From Owenia fusiformis (taxonomy: Eukaryota), in assembly GCA_903813345.2 (NCBI GenBank), contig CAIIXF020000001.1, positions 49,972,001 to 50,000,000 of the forward strand: a DNA stretch of 28,000 nucleotides, written 5' to 3'. Shown piece after piece: positions 21,877 to 28,000 of the stretch. Position numbers and translations under genes: made by a program. Below the pieces are notes generated by a model that was given only the letters and a program-made list of their open reading frames with translations, was not told where the DNA came from and made no database searches. Within the stretch, counting starts at the first letter, position 1. Every line of letters begins with the position of its first letter.

Positions 21877-21948
21877 CTATAATATAAAGGTAAATGTCAC
21901 AGCTAAGAAACAAAAGTTTTCATTCTTTTGCTTTGCACCTCTGTTTTC

Positions 21949-22139
21949 AGTGATCTCCCCAGGACTTTTTCTCAAGTGGGTGCAAAATTCTCATTTCAGG
22001 CCAAAATTGGTCAAAATATGCCTATTTTTAATGATTTTTCTCATTTTCAAGTGGGTACAAATGGATTTTCAGTTGGCTGTTTTTTTCAAAATCTCAGGTG
22101 GGTGCTGCGCCCACTTGGTTTAATGCTGGGGAGACCACT
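21949..22139. mobile_element. Small MITE; a terminal fragment of the same family lies at ~20755-20790
   Basis: agtgatctccccag ... ctggggagaccact inverted termini. 20755-20790 matches the reverse complement of the right end. Confidence 0.65.
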
Positions 22140-22360
22140 TATAAAAAATAATTATTGCAAATGTAATGAAGGAGGTGTAACATGCATTATATAAAATCAT
22201 AATTTCTTTGATTAAATGAAATACATGAACATTATATCAATCTGACAAAGAAATGAAAATTTTCAGTGCTTCCACTATGGCCTATTAATGGGCTCCCATT
22301 TCTACACTGTATATACTTGTATTACAAACTACCCATATTTTCATTCTAATTGATCCTCAC

Positions 22361-22499
22361 CTTGTTGGAATGGTTGATTTGAATATGTCCAGCATACACT
22401 GGCAGGTTCTATTCCATACTTCATTGGAATATTTCATGCCATTTGAGATCACAAGGTTCTCTAAACAGTTAGTCCCTGACCTGGCTAACTGCTCATTGT
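22361..22499 (-). CDS. ARFGEF1: ARFGEF1/2 coding exon
   Basis: [21 protein letters not shown]...[12 protein letters not shown]; phase 1 to 2. Confidence 0.93.
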
Positions 22500-22829
22500 C
22501 TGCAATAAACCAATTGTTAGAAATAAGTAACAGTGTCAAAAGATGAAAATACAGTATTTTTTAAAGTTGTAATGATTGTACCCATCATTATTCTCTCCAC
22601 GGTGATCTTAGATTTCTTTTAACTGGGGGTAAAATTCCTATTATGATATGACACTGGTTAAATTATTCAAATTCTTTATGATTCTCTAAAAAATTAATGC
22701 AAATACTTTTTCAGATAAGCACATGAGAGTGGGGAGGGGTAATTTTCAGATTTTCAACTGTACAGTATGCAAATGATAAACTTTAATGATATTACTTGAG
22801 GAACACCCCTATAACTCAAATATTCCTAC

Positions 22830-22965
22830 CTTGTTTTACACACCATTGTAGTTGATCATAAAGCTCTTTCAGTAATATTGGCTGCAGTATCTCATAGAAC
22901 TGTGTGAAAACATCTACTATTGCATAGAGGGCATGGTTACATGTGGTGGTCATCCACTCAGTTTT
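22830..22965 (-). CDS. ARFGEF1: ARFGEF1/2 coding exon
   Basis: [27 protein letters not shown]...QLQWCVKQ; phase 0 to 1. Confidence 0.93.
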
Positions 22966-23978
22966 CTAAAATTACAAACAAGTATTAAGTTGATTATTCA
23001 GTGTTTGTGGAAAATGGTTGCAGCATGCATACACAACAACATTGATAGGACGATAGCTACAAGCAACGATACATGTACATTAAGTTATGAGTGTTGTGTC
23101 CTGTACAAGGAGGCAGGATAATTGCCACAACAAAATTTTGGCTTAAGGCTTTAAGGTTCACTCAAACCTGGCCATGAGCCTGTTCACCCTAAGTGTTTTA
23201 CTGCATTAGTCTGACAAATCATTCAATTTGGTCTACCTTAAAGCTCATGCAAATGTCATTTTGTACAAAGTAACAAGCCATTAATAGCTATGTATTGTCT
23301 ACATTTGGCTTGTTTTCTATATGACTTTTGTACACAAAAGTAGCACTAAAACTACAATTCAATAACTATGAATGTAAGTATTGTAAGTATATACACTGTC
23401 AGTTAGATTACAATATCAATCCTGATTATACAATTGAATCCAAGGGCTAAACTTAAAAGGTGAAATTTGAAATATGCTGAACGTTTTCTAATCTCATTAT
23501 AAAATGTTTGGAATGTTTGTCATATTTGGAAATAAGTTTAGCCAATGGTTCTGGAAATGTATATAGATATAGTATAGAATGTAAGTGGATATATGGCTAC
23601 AATCAGAGTACATCAACATCTACACATGCACACACACACAGGCCATTGGTTACCAAATCAGAATTAACAGTCAATTTGAAAATAAAACATATTACTGATC
23701 TTATAATAATTTTACTGTATAATTTTTTTAAAGATCTTCGAAGGAAAGAATTGCTTCTAAACTTTCCTAATCAAGTTAAAGTTATATAAATGACAGATTG
23801 AAACAAACATAGTTGAGATACAACAAAAAGGTAAGAAGTCAGGAAAACAATTACCGAGTAATAATCAAATCAAACTGGAAATAAATATTGACACAAAGAG
23901 TTATGAGACACCAATGACCCAACATAAGCATACCACATGTACATCTGTCTCCATAATCCGACTTACTGCCCCAGCTAC

Positions 23979-24108
23979 CTCATGCTGTTGTTCGGGAAGT
24001 TTCATGTTGTCAAATATTCGGAATATAATCCTGAATAGGTCGCGCCACCAGTTCTGTGCATATGTGTCACCATATGTTTTCATGATTTCAAACATCACAG
24101 TCAGACCC
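23979..24108 (-). CDS. ARFGEF1: ARFGEF1/2 coding exon
   Basis: [43 protein letters not shown]; phase 2 to 0. An alternative donor lies after 23967. Confidence 0.93.
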
Positions 24109-24504
24109 CTGAAATGAAAACACAACATATGGGGCATTAGGTCAACACAATTTTAAGTCAAATGTTTTCACCAAGAAGTTTACCCATAGATAAGCTTTGA
24201 AATATTATCATTTTCAGACCAGTCAAATATCTAGTGTAGTGGCCTTATCTATACTCATAAGTAGTGCATTCCATGAAGCTAGTTTGTCTCCGTCTATTTG
24301 TCTTTTTGAGCCTCAAGAAGTTAAACCATGAAACTCCATCAGCTTATCTTCACATATTATATATATTGTCATGCTATCATATTTATGAATGCAAAAGTTC
24401 TAAATTAAAAATTGAAGATTTATATTACTCAATATTGTTCATTTACTGTTGTTTGATGTTGATCACACATACATGCTGATTACATGTATTTCTTCTGATC
24501 TTAC

Positions 24505-24635
24505 CTTGTGCGTACATCCAGTTTACATCTGTTGATGACACACGAGAGTTCAAACAATACAGGGAACCATCCCCTCACCCAGACTCTGTCTTCTTCAGGT
24601 ACATTCAAGTCATCCCCACCGTGCTCTTTGAACAT
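24505..24635 (-). CDS. ARFGEF1: ARFGEF1/2 coding exon
   Basis: [44 protein letters not shown]; phase 0 to 2. Confidence 0.93.
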
Positions 24636-24900
24636 CTGAAATCATTAGATTTTGAGCTGAAGTTCATGGTTATATGTATAGGTATAAGATACAATTTCTA
24701 AAAGATTTCTTTTTGCATTATCTGACCCATAGACTCATAACCATCACTCAAAAATTAAGTTCCACATGCCTATTGAATTTACAAATTGTGCTTCTTTTCA
24801 CAACAGATATATCAAAGCACTACCACAAGTGAGGCATTACCAAATAAGGCTAAAAAGTAGACAAATCCAAATATAGCACTATAGATTATATCGCACAAAC

Positions 24901-25061
24901 CTGGGGTCTTTCTGCCACATATTTAGCGCAGTTTCTGATTAGCCTGATGGCTTCCATACTTGTGTCTGGGAACGCTGCATTACATGCAAACTCAGAGAGA
25001 CACTTTACTGCATCTTGGAATGAATCTATTGTTGATGTGAAATACTTGTCAAAAATGGTAG
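24901..25061 (-). CDS. ARFGEF1: ARFGEF1/2 coding exon
   Basis: ...[43 protein letters not shown]; phase 1 to 0. Confidence 0.93.
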
Positions 25062-25414
25062 CTGAAAATAAAGAAATAAATAATTAGGGAGTTACATGCA
25101 AAATGTGTTATAGATACCGAAAGCCAGACGCTGGACTATAACAATGTCACCACTTCTGGTGGTGATCAACAATTACTTACATGAAAAGTGCATAGTAGTA
25201 GTACTAGAGTATTAGATAGTTTTGGTAAATATGTTCTTACATATGAAACAAGTATATGAAATTTCTTGTATCCTTATTTTGGTTTACACTGCCTTTTATG
25301 CTTTCTTACCATCACCATTGTTTAACATCTTGAACTTCTTCTTAGCTTTAGCTATTTGTATACAAACCACATTAAGATTATTTTAAAAGTTATTGAGAAA
25401 ATTGTTCGACTTAC

Positions 25415-25587
25415 TTGTAATTTTTCCAGTTGTTTGGAAAGCTAGTTCAACGATGCCTTCATCATTGTCTGAGGCTGCTAAATGGAACACACTAAAGATG
25501 TTTTTCCATCCAGAGCGGATGTTCCCTGCCTGCGAATGTACCATCTGAGCAACACAACGTACCACCATATCGCGAATGGTAGGGGAC
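25415..25587 (-). CDS. ARFGEF1: ARFGEF1/2 coding exon (HDS region); upstream exons lie beyond the right edge
   Basis: [41 protein letters not shown]...ELAFQTT; phase 2 to 1. The symbol denotes the BIG1/BIG2 family; the paralog cannot be resolved. Confidence 0.93.
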
Positions 25588-25965
25588 CTAAAGATCAAAA
25601 TGAACATACTTACTTATAACTGACATATGTAAGCCTTTAAATAAAAATAGTTAATGGACACACTAACAGGGTAGCAGTTCTTCAGTGTAAATCTTAACTG
25701 AAGAAAAGGAGCACGTAGGTTATCGCAAACATTTTCAGAAGGTTATATCTTGGATTATGACTATTTTTGACGATGAAGACATAGTCCCTGATCTGGACCC
25801 TCTGAAAAAAAGTTTTGTTGTCCGGTACTTTCCCACATAAAATGATTGTACCGTTTGAAAGAACAGACTTCCCTCTTAAAGAAAACACCTCTTCTATTGA
25901 TGTAAACAGGGGCAAAAGGCACCAAAACGGGGGTTGGACAAGGTGGCATTATGAAGTCTCACTTT

Positions 25966-26840
25966 CTTGTCATCACGATTCCAGGTAAACCATCAGACGG
26001 ATTTACTTCAAGTTTTCACAAATGTTACATGGTAAGAAGTTCTAGAGCTGATTAACTTTGCGGCGGCCATCTTGCATTCTGGCGGCCATCTTGGAATTAT
26101 TTTCAGATAAATATTGTCATCGCGATTCCACAAAAACCACACAACAGATGTAGGCTACTTCAAATGTTCACACATGTTACATGGTAAAAAGTCCTAGACC
26201 TCATTATTTTTTCGGTGGCCATCTTGCATTCTGGCAGCCATCTTGGAAGTTTTAAGATAAATCTTGTCATCACGATTTCAGGAAATCCAAACGGATTTAC
26301 TTCAAATTTCCACACATGTTACACGGTAAGAAAATATAGAGGTGAATAACTTTTTGGCAGCCATCTTGCATTCTGGCAGCCATCTTGGAAATTTTGGGAT
26401 AAATCTTGTCATCTTGATTCCAGGAAAACAACCCAACAGATCAACTTCAAATTTTCACACATTTTACATGGTATGAAGTTCTAAAGCTGATTAACTTTTC
26501 AGTGGCCATCTTGCATTCTGGCGGCCATTTTGGAATGTTTATAGATAAATCTTGTAATCAAGATTCCAGAAAAACCACTTCACAGTTTTACTTCGAATTT
26601 TCACACATGTTACATGGTATGAACTTCGAGAGCTGACTAACTTTTCGGTGGCCATGTTGCATTCCGTCGGCCATCTTGGAAGTTTTTAGAGAAATCTTGT
26701 CATCACGATTCCATGAAAACTACGTAACAGTTTTACTTCAAATTTTCACACATGTTACATGGTAAGAAGTTATAGAGCTGATTAACTTTCCGATAGCCAT
26801 CTTGCATTCTGGCAGCCATCTTGGAAGTTTGTAGATAAAT
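25966..26840. repeat. Tandem array, ~146-bp unit x 6
   Basis: Units begin (c/a)ttgt(c/a)atc at 25966, 26113, 26263, 26405, 26551 and 26696. Each has two GCCATCTTG-type motifs separated by cattct. Confidence 0.92.
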
Positions 26841-26842
26841 AT

Positions 26843-27262
26843 AAAATACAGTCAAAGCATTTACCACCAACAAAGGATGCTCTCATTCTCCATATAAATA
26901 GAGCCAACTATCAGGCCTATATTTGGCGAAATGCAGGCAAACCAATGATTGATTATCAATCCCCCACATTACATGGTTGGACATTCAAAGGGAATAAACT
27001 ACAAATTAAGTGGATGGAAAACAGTCCTGCCCCACAAGAAATAATGGAGCTTGTTGCTTGTAGTTGTAAAGGAGCGTGTGACTCAATGAGATGTAGTTGT
27101 AAGAAACAGGATCTCGTTTGTGGAAGTTCATGTAAGTGCCGCAAAGGTGTTTGTGAGAACTGTCCAACCCATCAGCACGATGATGTTGATGAGAGCGACA
27201 ATGAATTTGAACCAGTTGATGACATCATTACACCAAACGTTGAAGATCAGGAAGAAAATTAA
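26843..27262 (+). pseudogene. C-terminal relic of a transposon protein with a Cys-rich zinc finger (Academ/AcademX-like)
   Basis: The frame is open upstream of the listed ATG: KIQSKHLPPTKDALILHINRANYQAYIWRNAGKP...HGW...W...PAPQEIMELVACSCKGACDSMRCSCKKQDLVCGSSCKC. I recognise this LPPT..H..RA.YQ..W + Cys8 pattern as the C-terminus of XPG-type Academ proteins. The N-terminal part is missing. Confidence 0.7.
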
Positions 27263-27348
27263 TTACCTGAAAATCTCTTACCTGACAACTGGATGAACCA
27301 ACTTGTCAAAGTTGATGCCATAATATGAATTATCTCACCCTGTATATA

Positions 27349-27828
27349 CACTGGTGATCCGCTCGATTACAGGTACGATTTGTCCTTATTCCTTATTTCA
27401 TGTGTTGTAGGCAGAATCCTTTCGACGTTTTTCTCACAAACGTGAATCAGTATCATATGTCTTAGAAAATGAACATGTTTGCGAAAAATAGCTCAGAAGA
27501 CGACAGAAACGTGGATTTAATTCCATACTTAAGTTACATAAAGGTTTGGGTTAAAAGTGCAGATCTGAACTGTTTTTTTCGAAATACCGTTTATGTAACT
27601 TAAGTGAGGAATTAAATGTACGATTATGTTGTCTTCTGAACTATTTGTTTGCAAATATGCACATTTTCTTAAACATATGATACTGATACACGTTTGTGAG
27701 AAAAAATGTCGTGGGAATTCTGCCTACAAAGTGTGAAAGGAAAAAGGAAAAATCATACCTTCGATGTTCCCACATTTTGTTACCTAAACAAACCGTTTAG
27801 GTAACCAGCATAATCGAGTGGATCACTA
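27349..27828. mobile_element. Second, uninterrupted and more diverged copy of the 2314-3558 palindromic MITE
   Basis: cactggtgatccgctcgattac ... ccagcataatcgagtggatcac, colinear with 2314-2696 plus 3404-3558. The left arm has a deletion and the right tip is eroded. Confidence 0.88.
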
Positions 27829-28000
27829 TAATATACTTTAGTAGTCTTTAATAATGTTAGGGAGGATGAGTTGTAAGGCATACTATGTCATGTTAGATCA
27901 TGATCTATACTATTTTTATTACAATTTACCAGTTACACTTTCTCCATGCTAGGTTCAGTTATAACTTTTGTTCCGTTTCCTATGGCATCCGTGCTTTATA

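Noticed and set aside
25966..26840. CRISPR or repeat-spacer array next to a small Cys-rich ORF
   Set aside because: The whole 146-bp unit is homologous between copies, so there are no unique spacers. The ORF is a transposon protein fragment.
27900..28000. Possible next upstream ARFGEF exon
   Set aside because: The minus-strand sequence does not show the expected conserved FQKDFLRPFE-like peptide, so that exon must lie beyond the window.

Overview
AT-rich, intron-rich eukaryotic DNA from a metazoan, most likely an invertebrate. It is not prokaryotic, and most short ORFs in the track are spurious. Four protein-coding genes can be rebuilt by hand from GT-AG boundaries with consistent phases. 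(1) The N-terminal coding exon of an SLC28/CNT-like nucleoside transporter (-, 81-469), continuing off the left edge. (2) A complete BTB + AT-hook + zinc-finger gene (-, CDS 8666-7961 + 7421-6121, 668 aa), with a probable non-coding first exon and an NRF1/ETS promoter near 12.5 kb. (3) The last 13 coding exons of an ARFGEF1/2 (BIG1/BIG2, Sec7) gene (-, 25587 to stop at 15158). (4) A complete 3-exon secreted phospholipase A2 gene (+, 19170-20493, 133 aa) nested antisense in an ARFGEF intron, with an unusual inferred Cys6-Cys17 pairing. The non-coding DNA is dense with non-autonomous mobile elements. These include a 0.9-kb foldback element carrying a tRNA-Gly(TCC)-like Pol III cassette in each arm, and a palindromic MITE with a 7-bp TSD. 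That MITE is interrupted by an element whose internal segment is complementary to both of its own ends, as in DIRS elements. There is also an Academ-like transposase relic fused to a YY1-motif-rich 146-bp tandem array, several small MITEs and minisatellites. All family assignments come from motif recognition, not database searches.
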